This document shows positions 42,118 through 51,695 of a DNA stretch of 64,000 nucleotides, in pieces (position 1 is the stretch's first letter; the number at the start of each line of letters is the position of its first letter). The notes beneath the pieces are model-generated. The model ran no database searches and was not told the origin of the DNA. It was given only the letters and a program-made list of their open reading frames with translations. Made by a program: the position numbers and the translations under genes. This stretch comes from an uncultured Pseudomonadales bacterium (GTDB lineage: Bacteria; Pseudomonadota; Gammaproteobacteria; Pseudomonadales; UBA7434), in contig CAJQKT010000028.1 of assembly GCA_905478995.1 (NCBI GenBank), positions 11,152-75,151 of the forward strand, written 5' to 3'.

Positions 42118-43116
42118 CTAAGTAGGCCAAGCCTTCGTGCTTGTACGCAAATGTTCTGCGCGCGCGTTGTAGCTGGCCAAGAGTTCGCCTAGGTCGTGTT
42201 GATTGTCTAGGTCCCGAGCAATAGCAGCAGCACCGCCTAGGCGCGCCACGCCACTCTTACCAAATTCTTCTTGCAGCTGGCGAATGGCCCACGCACCTTG
42301 CTGTGCAGTGCGCCCCGCCGTAAGTGACTGCATACTAACTAGATGAGCCCGGTGAGCCTCTAAGGCATTCACCAGCGCATCAATCCCTTGCCGATCACGT
42401 GCACTTAGAGTGCATACGGGAATTTTCCAGTCGGAGTCTTGCGTGCTGCGACGCATCACCTGGTGCAAATCGTTGGCCGCTTTAATTGCAGGCGCACCAA
42501 GATCAGCTTTGTTAACGACCATAATATCGGGCACTTCCATAATGCCCGACTTGATGAATTGAATGCTATCGCCGGATGCCGGTTGTACCACATAGGCCGT
42601 CGTATCAACCATGCTGGCCACGTCAACCTCCGACTGTCCAACACCAACCGTTTCTATAAGAACAATGTCGTAGCCAGCTAGCAGTATGCGACTCATTGGC
42701 CACACTTCAGCCGCGAGCCCGCCGAGTTGTTGACGACTAGCGAGCGAGCGAATAAATAAGTTTTTGTGTTGCCCTGCGCCGGTCATCCGTAGTCGGTCGC
42801 CTAAGAGCGCGCCGCCCGTTTTGGGGCTTGAGGGGTCAACGGCCAAAACGGCTACTTTTAAACCCTTGGCACACCAGTAATCAATTAAGGCTGATAAAAG
42901 AGAGGATTTCCCTGCACCAGGAGGACCCGTAATTCCAATAAGATGGCCATCGTTGGCGAGTCGCTCGGCTTCAAGTGCAGCGAGTAATTCAAGTGCTTTG
43001 GCGCGTGTGGCTGGCCGTTGGTCATCAATCAAATTAAGCGCTTCGGCCACCGCTTGTCGATCGGCCAAGCGTAATTTGGCGGCTAGCGTTTGTGGGTCAG
43101 ATACGGCTGTCTGCAT
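42118..43116 (-). CDS. meaB: MeaB/ArgK G-protein chaperone for B12-dependent acyl-CoA mutases
   Basis: 'GITGPPGAGKSSL' P-loop, 'ETVGVGQSE' and 'NKAD'. The start codon overlaps the mutase stop (TAATG). Confidence 0.88.
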   Translation of the reverse strand: MQTAVSDPQTLAAKLRLADRQAVAEALNLIDDQRPATRAKALELLAALEAERLANDGHLIGITGPPGAGKSSLLSALIDYWCAKGLKVAVLAVDPSSPKTGGALLGDRLRMTGAGQHKNLFIRSLASRQQLGGLAAEVWPMSRILLAGYDIVLIETVGVGQSEVDVASMVDTTAYVVQPASGDSIQFIKSGIMEVPDIMVVNKADLGAPAIKAANDLHQVMRRSTQDSDWKIPVCTLSARDRQGIDALVNALEAHRAHLVSMQSLTAGRTAQQGAWAIRQLQEEFGKSGVARLGGAAAIARDLDNQHDLGELLASYNARAEHLRTSTKAWPT

Positions 43117-45131
43117 TACAAAGGACCAAAAGCGTCCAGCTGATGGGCCAGCCGAGCTAGGTCGACCATTTCAGCCATGATTTTATTGAGATCAGAATCT
43201 TTAGGTGTGTAGATAGCGGCTATGCCGCGCTCCTTGAGGGCGACATGCTCATCTTCAGGGATGATGCCACCCATTGTCACGGGCAGCGCGCCCAAATCAA
43301 TAGCTCGCAGGCCATCAATTACCATCTCAGCCATCGCCGTATGGCTGCCGGATAGCACCGATAAGCCTACCAAGTGCACACCTTCTTCTTGTGCCGCGGC
43401 AACAATTTGCTGCGGGGTTAGACGAATACCTTCGTAAACCACTTCCATACCCAATTCGCGTGCTTTTACCGCAATCTGTTCAGCGCCGTTGCTGTGTCCG
43501 TCGAGGCCTGGCTTGGCCACAAGTAACTTAATCGGTCTCCCTAGCGAGCTGCCAGTGGCGGTTACCCGCTCGCGCAGAGCTGCTACCCGCTCAGGATCAC
43601 CGCCAATACTACTGCTAATATCAATGCCTGTCGGTGCGCGATATTCTCCAAAAACGTCACGTAGCGTCTGTGCCCACTCGCCCGTTGTAACCCCGGCATG
43701 GGCACATGCAATAGAGGCCGGCATAATATTGTCGTTAGACTTTGCAACATCACGCAAAGTATTCAGGGCACTATTAACTTTGTCTTGATCACGGTTGGCG
43801 CGGTGGGCTTGAATAGCTTCTATATGCTGTTGTTCGACGGCAGGATCGACTTTCATGATGCCGCCATCACCACTTTGTGTAAGGGGCGATTCAGCGGTTT
43901 CTTTGAATTTGTTAACTCCAACAATCGTCAGTTCACCCGTCTCAATGGCGCGCAACCGCTCGGCGTGACTTTTTACAAGTGCTTGCTTCATATAGCCGCT
44001 GTCAATTCCTGCCAATACGCCGCCTTGTTCGGCAACCCGCTGAATTTCGGCGTTGGCGCCTTCCATCAACTCTTGCATTTTTGCTTCGATGACAGGCGAG
44101 CCATTGAGTATGTCGCCGTACTCAAGTAAATCGGTTTCGAACGCCATGACTTGCTGAATTCGCAGCGACCATTGTTGGTCCCATGGGCGCGGCAACCCGA
44201 GGGCTTCGTTCCATGCGGGCAGTTGTACTGCTCGTGCTCGAGCATCTTTACTTAACACTACAGCCAGCATTTCAAGCACAATTCGTTGTACATTGTTTTC
44301 GGGTTGTGACTCGGTAAGTCCTAACGAGTTGACTTGCACGCCATAGCGAAAACGTCTTTGTTTGGCATCTTTAACGCCATAGCGCTCAAGAGTAATTTCA
44401 TCCCACATTTGGGTAAAAGCGCGCATTTTGCAGCATTCCTCGATAAAGCGAATACCAGCATTGACAAAAAAGCTAAGGCGGCTGACTACTTTAGGGAAAT
44501 CAGCCTCGGGGATTTGACCACTATCGCGCACAGCATCGAGCACCATTATTGCGGTTGATAGTGCATAGGCGAGCTCTTGTACCGGGGTCGCTCCAGCCTC
44601 TTGCAAGTGGTAGCTGCAAATATTTGTTGGATTCCATTTCGGCACGTTGGGCACAGAATAAGTAATCGTGTCGACAATTAAACGCAAGCTAGGTCCAGGC
44701 GGAAAAATATGCGTGCCGCGACTTAAATACTCTTTAACAATGTCGTTTTGCGTCGTGCCTTGAAGCTTTGCTGGGTCGATGCCCCGGCGTTCGGCTAATG
44801 CGATATAAAGCGCCAGCATCCATGGCGCTACGGCATTGATGGTCATTGAGGTATTCATTTGATCAAGCGGTAATTGATCAAATAAAACATCCATATCATC
44901 CAGGTGCGATATGGGCACGCCAACTTTTCCTACTTCACCACGCGCCAAAGGATGGTCAGGGTCATAACCGGTTTGTGTTGGCAAATCAAAAGCAACTGAC
45001 AAGCCCGTTTGCCCTTTAGCAAGATTCGATCGATAGAGTTCGTTAGAAGTTCGTGCGGAGCTGTGTCCCGAATAGGTACGCACTAGCCAGGGACGATCTT
45101 TAGATGTGCTCACATTAAGCTCCGGAGTCAA
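43116..45131 (-). CDS. ecm: B12-dependent acyl-CoA mutase, ethylmalonyl-CoA mutase (Ecm/MeaA) type, fused large and B12-binding domains
   Basis: N-terminal 'DRPWLVRTYSGHSSARTSNELYRSNLAKGQTGLSVAFDLPTQTGYDPDH' matches the Ecm-type pattern (…RTYAGHS…PTQTGYD) rather than the MCM type (…YAGFST…ATHRGYD). C-terminal B12 motif 'DGHSNG' (DxHxxG). 671 aa. TTG (or nearby GTG) start directly after the upstream stop. Confidence 0.7.
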   Translation of the reverse strand: MTPELNVSTSKDRPWLVRTYSGHSSARTSNELYRSNLAKGQTGLSVAFDLPTQTGYDPDHPLARGEVGKVGVPISHLDDMDVLFDQLPLDQMNTSMTINAVAPWMLALYIALAERRGIDPAKLQGTTQNDIVKEYLSRGTHIFPPGPSLRLIVDTITYSVPNVPKWNPTNICSYHLQEAGATPVQELAYALSTAIMVLDAVRDSGQIPEADFPKVVSRLSFFVNAGIRFIEECCKMRAFTQMWDEITLERYGVKDAKQRRFRYGVQVNSLGLTESQPENNVQRIVLEMLAVVLSKDARARAVQLPAWNEALGLPRPWDQQWSLRIQQVMAFETDLLEYGDILNGSPVIEAKMQELMEGANAEIQRVAEQGGVLAGIDSGYMKQALVKSHAERLRAIETGELTIVGVNKFKETAESPLTQSGDGGIMKVDPAVEQQHIEAIQAHRANRDQDKVNSALNTLRDVAKSNDNIMPASIACAHAGVTTGEWAQTLRDVFGEYRAPTGIDISSSIGGDPERVAALRERVTATGSSLGRPIKLLVAKPGLDGHSNGAEQIAVKARELGMEVVYEGIRLTPQQIVAAAQEEGVHLVGLSVLSGSHTAMAEMVIDGLRAIDLGALPVTMGGIIPEDEHVALKERGIAAIYTPKDSDLNKIMAEMVDLARLAHQLDAFGPL

Positions 45132-46304
45132 TTATGCAGGGCGTTTTTTGATAAGTAGTTGACGCTCAATTTCAAATATTTTGTCGGCTATTTTTTCTTT
45201 ACCTAATTTACGCTTGCTGCCTTCTTTAATAAAAAGATCTGAGCCGTGTTTTTCTAATGCATGTGCTGCGGTGATATTTTTTACACCTATAAATTGCACG
45301 GTCACAATACCTGCAGCCAGCTGGGTCGGTGCCTCGCGCGTATCGAGCACCCGGCTAAGCGCTGCTACTGTATCGTTGCGAAACGCCGGCTGCGTATGAT
45401 AACCCTCAGTAAAGCCTAGTTCCCATAAACAGTTCTCGGTAAGGTCGCGGCTTGCCATGCCGTCGAGCCACGCAAATACTAAGCCTCCATAAACAATAGG
45501 TTCACCGCTCATAGCGCCCGATTGCGCGGTAGAGTACAGGCGGTCGTTATGCAGAGGGTGAGTATTACCAACCCCGTACGTCCAGTTTACATGTTCGTCG
45601 GTAATGGTGCGGCCATTGGCATGCACAATAATATCGCCGGCGCAAAAGTTCTCGAAATAGGTGTTGCTACCGGTCAAGCTCGAAGGATACTTTTCTGGTG
45701 CGCTGGGCAGTACTACTTGAGGCGCATCGAGCCACGGAAAATCTGTATCGGTATTACTAGCGGGAATCGTAGGCGGGCGCTCACCTCGAAAGGCGACCAT
45801 TATTTTTCGCTTGTACTGTAATACAGCTTGCTCGTGCTGGTTGAGCCCCATCGTCAGTACGGTCACTATGCCGGGTTTATCAGCGCCGCGCTCTTGTCGA
45901 TCAACAACTTTGGTGAGGCTGCGCAGCGTATCACCTGGGTATACCGGCCGCAAAAATTGCGCATTGTAATAGCCAAGGTTAGCGATGGCCTTTTCCGAAT
46001 CATTTTGTACGCCAAGGCTCAATACGAGATTGAAGACCATTTGCGGGCATAGCGGCGTGCCGCTAAAACCATGCTGTCGTGCAAAATCTTCGTTCAAATA
46101 AAGCGGGTTACCTTGCATGAAGGTTGTGGCGAATGCCTTAGCCATACCTCGATCGATGGTAATGCCTCGAGGATGCTGAAACACTTGGCCGGGTACAAAT
46201 TCTTCGAGATAGCGTCCGTAGTGAGGGTGGCGAACTTTGTTTAACACCACATCGGTTTGGGGTGCTAACTCTGTTTGTTCTGGCGCGGTGAATTCAATAG
46301 ACAT
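45132..46304 (-). CDS. MaoC-type double-hotdog enoyl-CoA hydratase (mesaconyl-CoA hydratase-like)
   Basis: 390 aa with two hotdog halves. 'IANLGYYNAQFLRPVYPGDTL' parallels the Mch/itaconyl-CoA hydratase family. Placed between the Mcd-like and Ecm-like genes. Confidence 0.6.
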   Translation of the reverse strand: MSIEFTAPEQTELAPQTDVVLNKVRHPHYGRYLEEFVPGQVFQHPRGITIDRGMAKAFATTFMQGNPLYLNEDFARQHGFSGTPLCPQMVFNLVLSLGVQNDSEKAIANLGYYNAQFLRPVYPGDTLRSLTKVVDRQERGADKPGIVTVLTMGLNQHEQAVLQYKRKIMVAFRGERPPTIPASNTDTDFPWLDAPQVVLPSAPEKYPSSLTGSNTYFENFCAGDIIVHANGRTITDEHVNWTYGVGNTHPLHNDRLYSTAQSGAMSGEPIVYGGLVFAWLDGMASRDLTENCLWELGFTEGYHTQPAFRNDTVAALSRVLDTREAPTQLAAGIVTVQFIGVKNITAAHALEKHGSDLFIKEGSKRKLGKEKIADKIFEIERQLLIKKRPA

Positions 46305-46389
46305 GCCATGATCTCTGCGTGAAGCGCTATTGTGGATTGCGCCTTAAGAGCCTATTCGGACGCTGTTATTACTAATAGTTGTCATTAAA

Positions 46390-48078
46390 TTAATCACCCG
46401 CATTTTCAATGAGGCTGCGTGCAATAACTTTTAGCGCCAACGTTTCTTCCGCGCCTTCAAAAATAGACAGCACCCGTGCGTCGACAAAATATCGGCTGAC
46501 GGCCGTCTCTTCAGCGTAGCCCATACCGCCATGAATTTGCATTGCCTCGCGCGTGACCCACTCGGCCACATTGCATGCTAACACTTTCACTAAGCTTGCT
46601 TCCATTTGCCCTTCGCCCTTGTCGAGCAGGCGCCCTACGCCGTAGGTGAACTGACGGCATACCTGCAGCAGCATTCCCATGCGTGCAAGCTTGACCCGTG
46701 TGAGTTGATAATCGCCAACAGGTTGGCCAAACACTTTGCGGTCAGTTGCGTAGCTTAGTGATTTTTCAAAAGCGGCCTGCATGATGCCTAAGGCGCGAGC
46801 GGCCGTTTGAATCCGACCACCAGCAAATCCTTTCATTACCGAGTAAAAGCCTTTATTTAAACCGTCTTCACCGCCTAGTAAGTTCGCATCGGGAACGAAA
46901 TAATTTTCAAAATAAACCTCAAAGCTATGCATGCCACGATAGCCCATGGTAGGAATTGCTTTGCCCCGGATCATGCCACCATTTTCTTGATGGTGCTCGA
47001 ATTCGTGACCAGCAAAGACAGGCTTTTCTGCTAAAAATACTGATAAGCCTCTATGCCCAGCCGACGGGTCAGGATTGGTTCGAGCCAAAACGAGTAAGAC
47101 GTTGGCTTTGCCACAAAAAGTACACCAGGTTTTGGCGCCGTTGAGTAACCAGCCGCCTTCAGTTTTTATGGCTGGGAGCTTCATGTTGGCAACGTCAGAG
47201 CCATAGTCGGGCTCTGTGACAGCAATGGCATTGAGGATTTCACCTTGTGCTAGCCGCGGTAGCCAAGTTTTCTTTTGTTCTTCTGTACCGCCGGCCAAAA
47301 GTGCTTTGGCAAGAATTTCGGGGCGGGTAATTAACGAGCCTGCTGCGCCAACCGATCCTCGCGATAGCGCTTCAGTTACCACGATCATCCCCATGTTGTC
47401 TTCTCGATCATCTGGCTGCAGACCGCCAAACTGTTCGGGAATAGACAGACCAAATACGCCCATTTCTTTGAGTGGATTAAGAATGTCATCAGGAATATCG
47501 GCGTCTTTACGATGGATGTGCTCAGCTAGCGGGTGAACAACATCGAGAGCAAACCGGCTAAAGGTATCTGCCATAAACTCGTGCTCTTGATCTAGAACAC
47601 TTTTTCCAAGGTGACCGCTACTAGTGCGCATTTGGTCGCCCAGTGACACGATATTTTCTACGCAACTTTGCTCCGACGCCCATGCAACAAGCTCGGGCTG
47701 ATCGAGCAATGCATGAAACTGCATAGGCTCGATTTTAAAATCGGCTAATCTAGGCGCGATGCGTGCTCGTAAATTAGTAAACATTTCTGAGCAATAGGCC
47801 GCGGCAATTTGATTTTCAAGTAAATTGTCTTCAGCCGTGCTTTTTTCGCGTAAGCGTTCGGCATATTCCAGCATGTGTCGAGCGGCTGACACTTCTGCTG
47901 CTGAGCGAGCAAGGTCAAAGCTCACCCATTGGTGTTGGTCGAGCAAGGCACTACGGACTTTGCCGTCTTTGCTACAAGCTTGTCGTAGCTTAGTCAAGCT
48001 TTGGTCGATGATGGCTTGTGCATTGATGGTGAGCTGTTTTGCGGTATCGAGATTTACTAGAGTACTACTTGCTGACAT
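46390..48078 (-). CDS. Acyl-CoA dehydrogenase with ~165 aa N-terminal extension (methylsuccinyl-CoA dehydrogenase-like)
   Basis: ACAD core ('AVTEPDYGSD', 'KTWCT', 'GGMGY' near the C-terminus) preceded by a long helical extension, as described for Mcd. 562 aa. Confidence 0.6.
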   Translation of the reverse strand: MSASSTLVNLDTAKQLTINAQAIIDQSLTKLRQACSKDGKVRSALLDQHQWVSFDLARSAAEVSAARHMLEYAERLREKSTAEDNLLENQIAAAYCSEMFTNLRARIAPRLADFKIEPMQFHALLDQPELVAWASEQSCVENIVSLGDQMRTSSGHLGKSVLDQEHEFMADTFSRFALDVVHPLAEHIHRKDADIPDDILNPLKEMGVFGLSIPEQFGGLQPDDREDNMGMIVVTEALSRGSVGAAGSLITRPEILAKALLAGGTEEQKKTWLPRLAQGEILNAIAVTEPDYGSDVANMKLPAIKTEGGWLLNGAKTWCTFCGKANVLLVLARTNPDPSAGHRGLSVFLAEKPVFAGHEFEHHQENGGMIRGKAIPTMGYRGMHSFEVYFENYFVPDANLLGGEDGLNKGFYSVMKGFAGGRIQTAARALGIMQAAFEKSLSYATDRKVFGQPVGDYQLTRVKLARMGMLLQVCRQFTYGVGRLLDKGEGQMEASLVKVLACNVAEWVTREAMQIHGGMGYAEETAVSRYFVDARVLSIFEGAEETLALKVIARSLIENAGD

Positions 48079-48227
48079 TATCGAGTCTCACTGCTATTGA
48101 GTGTCCGTTGGTAAGCTTCGGTGGTTTCAAAATAATAACCCAATGCTTGAACGGCTAATTTAGAGCGCAATAGTTTAACGCAAGTTAAGGCATTGCACAT
48201 CACTGGTGCTATAATTCCGCTCCAATA

Positions 48228-48260
48228 TTTAACGGCTGTTCAAGCTGAACAGCCGTTAAA
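48228..48260. promoter_or_regulatory. 33-bp perfect palindrome (15-bp arms, 3-nt centre) in the divergent promoter region
   Basis: TTTAACGGCTGTTCA-AGC-TGAACAGCCGTTAAA, verified base by base. Lies 12 nt after a TATAAT hexamer (48210-48215) and 61 nt before the ATG at 48322. Confidence 0.6.
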
Positions 48261-48321
48261 GGGGAGAAATTTATTGTGCACGACGTATTTTTACGTTCCC
48301 AAAGTTTTACAGGATCATCGA

Positions 48322-49212
48322 ATGAGCCAGCTTACCCATCCATTTCGCTCCATGCTGTATATGCCTGGATCCAATCTACGCGCGCTTGAAAAAGCCAAAA
48401 GTCTGCCGGTTGATGCACTTATTTTTGACTTGGAAGATTCAGTGGCTCCTGATCAAAAGCATCTTGCTCGTGAGCAGGTCGCCCAAGCAGCTATCGAAGC
48501 AAATTCAGGCACTTACGGAAAACGGCAGATTATCATTCGCAGTAACAGCCTTGATTCGGATTGGGGCGAGGACGATTTGCGCGCGGCCGCCGCGGCTAAA
48601 CCTGATGGCATTTTACTACCAAAAATAAACAGCGCTACGGATATCCATGCGGCTCAGCTTATTCTTGAAGAATCCGGCCTGTCCGATAAAACCCGTATTT
48701 GGGTGATGATGGAGACACCGTTATCTATTTTACATGCCGAAGAAATTGCTGGTGCTTCATCACGCTTAGCTGGTTTAGTCATGGGCACTTCAGACCTCGT
48801 TAAAGATATTCATGGCCAGCATACAGCTATGCGTCTGCCCGTTATTGCCAGCCTCAATCTATGTGTGTTAGCTGCGCGAGCGCACCGTTTAATTATTATG
48901 GATGGCGTGTATCTCGATTTAGGTAATACCGATGGTTTTACTCAGGCATGTGAGCAAGGGCTTGAGTTCGGTTTTGATGGAAAAACGTTAATACACCCCA
49001 AACAATTAGAGGGCGCCAATAGCGTTTTTGCGCCAAGCGATGCGGAGCTTGAATTTTCAAATCGTATTATTGCAGCTCACGCTGAAGCTGAAGCCCAGGG
49101 CCAAGGTGTGGTTTTAGTGGATGGAAAATTAATTGAAAATTTACACGTGCAAGATGCCCACCGTATTGTAGCTTTAAATCAAGCCATTGCTGCGCTCTCT
49201 GAAGACCCGTAA
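48322..49212 (+). CDS. HpcH/CitE-family acyl-CoA lyase or thioesterase (citrate lyase beta-like; Mcl2/citramalyl-CoA lyase-like)
   Basis: 'RSMLYMPGSNLRALEKA..LPVDALIFDLEDSVAP' is the CitE-like N-terminal signature. The ATG at 48322 has AGGA at -13. The longer track ORF (48193) runs through the promoter and palindrome. Confidence 0.75.
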   Translation: MSQLTHPFRSMLYMPGSNLRALEKAKSLPVDALIFDLEDSVAPDQKHLAREQVAQAAIEANSGTYGKRQIIIRSNSLDSDWGEDDLRAAAAAKPDGILLPKINSATDIHAAQLILEESGLSDKTRIWVMMETPLSILHAEEIAGASSRLAGLVMGTSDLVKDIHGQHTAMRLPVIASLNLCVLAARAHRLIIMDGVYLDLGNTDGFTQACEQGLEFGFDGKTLIHPKQLEGANSVFAPSDAELEFSNRIIAAHAEAEAQGQGVVLVDGKLIENLHVQDAHRIVALNQAIAALSEDP

Positions 49213-49312
49213 AACCCCAGTAACAATCCATTGGACTTTCTTCGCAGGTCAAAGAAACAGCAATTAAATCTTTAGACTGCACAAACACATAGGTTTAACC
49301 TCGAGAAAAATT

Positions 49313-50350
49313 ATGCAGAGTAAAACGCCCAGAAATTTTTTTAAACCCCTTGCCGTTGGCGCACCTGCACCGTACCGTGAATTGCCAACACGTCTTGAGC
49401 GGATGATTCACTTTTTTCCGCCACATGTTGAAAAAATGCGCGCAAAAGTTCCGGCAATCGCGAGTGAAGTAGATGTCATCTTAGGCAACCTTGAAGATGC
49501 GATTCCAGCTGATGCTAAAGAGCAGGCGCGAGCCGGTTTGATTGAAGCCGCGCAAGCTTGTGATTTTGGAAGTACTGGGCTTTGGGTGCGAATTAATTGC
49601 TTAAATTCTCCTTGGGGGCTCGACGATATTGTTGAGCTGATGAGCAGTATTGGTAACAAGCTGGACGTCATCATGCTGCCTAAAGTTGATGGCGCTTGGG
49701 ACATCCATTATCTCGATCAATTATTAGCGCAACTTGAAGCGAAGCACGGCATCACGAAGCCAGTGTTAATTCACGCCATATTAGAAACCGCCGAAGGTGT
49801 TAATAATATTGCCGATATTGCTGCAGCCAGTCCGCGCATGCACGGCATGAGCTTGGGCCCGGCCGACTTAGCAGCGTCACGCGGCATGAAAACGACACGA
49901 GTCGGTGGCGGCCATCCATTTTATGGCATGTTGGCCGATCCCGTGGAGGGCGCAGAGATTGATGTTGCTAGCCGTGCTTTTGTACAGCAAGATCCGTGGC
50001 ACTACACGCTGGTGAAAATGGTCGATGCCTGTATGGCTAATGGCATTAAGCCATTTTATGGACCGTTTGGCGATTTCTCAGATGATGAGGCTTGTCGAGC
50101 ACAATTTCGTAATGCATTTTTGTTGGGTTGTGTTGGGGCATGGTCATTGCACCCTAAACAAATCGCTATTGCTCGCGAGGTTTTTTCACCCGACCCCGAT
50201 GAGGTTGCCTTTGCAAAGCGTATTCTTGAGGCTATGCCCGATGGCACCGGAGCCGTTATGATTGATGGCAAGATGCAGGATGATGCAACGTGGAAGCAAG
50301 CTAAAGTTATTGTTGACTTAGCGATGCTGGTTGAGCAAAAAGGCGCATAG
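49313..50350 (+). CDS. HpcH/HpaI-family malyl-CoA / beta-methylmalyl-CoA lyase-like protein
   Basis: '[12 protein letters not shown]', '[23 protein letters not shown]', '[35 protein letters not shown]' and '[19 protein letters not shown]' match the Mcl-type lyases as I remember them. 345 aa. Confidence 0.7.
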   Translation: MQSKTPRNFFKPLAVGAPAPYRELPTRLERMIHFFPPHVEKMRAKVPAIASEVDVILGNLEDAIPADAKEQARAGLIEAAQACDFGSTGLWVRINCLNSPWGLDDIVELMSSIGNKLDVIMLPKVDGAWDIHYLDQLLAQLEAKHGITKPVLIHAILETAEGVNNIADIAAASPRMHGMSLGPADLAASRGMKTTRVGGGHPFYGMLADPVEGAEIDVASRAFVQQDPWHYTLVKMVDACMANGIKPFYGPFGDFSDDEACRAQFRNAFLLGCVGAWSLHPKQIAIAREVFSPDPDEVAFAKRILEAMPDGTGAVMIDGKMQDDATWKQAKVIVDLAMLVEQKGA

Positions 50351-50400
50351 CAATAGCATTGTGCTGTAAATACAGCTAGCCGATTTGATTACTATTCATT

Positions 50401-51678
50401 TTATGTTGCCGATTTAATTTCAGTTGTTTGCAATGGGCTGAACGGCAATTTTTGAGCCGCAAGATCCATATGCTGTTGGTTTTGTTGGCGCTCTTGATCT
50501 ATGTAATCATTGATCGCCTCACGAAACCCTGGGTGCGCAATCCAGTGGTTTGAGTAGGTATCAACGGGCCTAAAGCCTCGTTGTATTTTGTGCTCACCTT
50601 GAGCACCCGCGTCAAAGCGCTGCAGGTTTTTTTCAATACAGAACTCTATGCCTTGATAATAGCAAGCTTCAAAGTGCAAAAATTCTGCTTCTTCGGTACA
50701 GCCCCAATAGCGTCCATAGAGAGTGGTGGATGAAAAGAAATTTAGTGCTCCGGCAATAACTTCGTTATCTTTTTTGGCCACTACCAGCATCAGTTGATCT
50801 GCCATTGTTTGCCCGATTTTCTGAAAAAACTCCTCATTTAAGTAGCCGCCATGCCCAGATCGTTTGGCATAGGTGAGTTGGTAAAATTGATAAAATCGCT
50901 GCCATATTTCGGGCGTGATTGCGTCGCCGACAAGCCGCTCAATAGTAATCCCTTGTTGTACGACCTCTCGCCGTTCTTTAAGAATGACCTTTCGTTTGCG
51001 TGATTTTAAGTGGGCGCAAAAATGTTCAAAATCGTTAAACATCGTTTCTTGCCGGAGGTTTCCTGATTGATTAAGCGCTCCCTGCTCGCCATTGGTACTG
51101 TTAAACCAATGGTATTGATAAGAGTGACGTGCAGTAACACCGTGCGCGGCAAGGCTTCTACATACATCGCCCTCGGGATAGAGTAAATGAAAGGATGAAG
51201 CGCCAATTGAGGTGCAATGTTCTTGCATTGCCCCAGCTAACCATTTCATTAAGTCTTGAGAGTCAAATGTGACTTTAGCGTTGATTGCTGGATCGATGGC
51301 AATCCGCGGACCGGTTACAGGTGAGTATGGAATGGCTGCGAGCAGCTTAGGATAATAATCTAAGCCGTTGCGTTGGTAAGCTTCTGCCCAGGCCCAGTCA
51401 AAAATATATTCGCCATAAGAATGATATTTTAAATACAGTGGCATAACCGCTACCAGGCCATGTTCGTCGCTTACGAGTGCATGGTTGGGTTGCCAGCCAC
51501 TGCGCCGAGAACACGCGGCTTCGCTCTGTTGTTTTTTCAGGTTATTCGAGCGTGCAGTTTCAAGCGCATGCAAGAACTCATAGCGCATAAATGGATAGTC
51601 GCTCCCTGCAATACGCCGCCATGTATCCAAGCCGATATCTTCAATACTTTTTGCAAACTTCACTGAATAGTTAGGCAT
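50401..51678 (-). CDS. DUF482 / COG3146 FemAB-GNAT-like protein
   Basis: 'PLYLKYHSYGEYIFDWAWAEAY', 'YYPKL', 'LYGRYWGC', 'LHFEACYYQGIEF' and 'GAQGEHKIQRGF' are family signatures. Confidence 0.8.
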   Translation of the reverse strand: MPNYSVKFAKSIEDIGLDTWRRIAGSDYPFMRYEFLHALETARSNNLKKQQSEAACSRRSGWQPNHALVSDEHGLVAVMPLYLKYHSYGEYIFDWAWAEAYQRNGLDYYPKLLAAIPYSPVTGPRIAIDPAINAKVTFDSQDLMKWLAGAMQEHCTSIGASSFHLLYPEGDVCRSLAAHGVTARHSYQYHWFNSTNGEQGALNQSGNLRQETMFNDFEHFCAHLKSRKRKVILKERREVVQQGITIERLVGDAITPEIWQRFYQFYQLTYAKRSGHGGYLNEEFFQKIGQTMADQLMLVVAKKDNEVIAGALNFFSSTTLYGRYWGCTEEAEFLHFEACYYQGIEFCIEKNLQRFDAGAQGEHKIQRGFRPVDTYSNHWIAHPGFREAINDYIDQERQQNQQHMDLAAQKLPFSPLQTTEIKSAT

Positions 51679-51695
51679 GATCATTTATTCACATT

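Noticed and set aside
48193-48321. N-terminal 43-aa extension of the CitE-like ORF given in the track.
   Set aside because: It would translate through the TATAAT hexamer and the 33-bp perfect palindrome. The CitE-family signature begins right after the ATG at 48322, which has its own AGGA SD.
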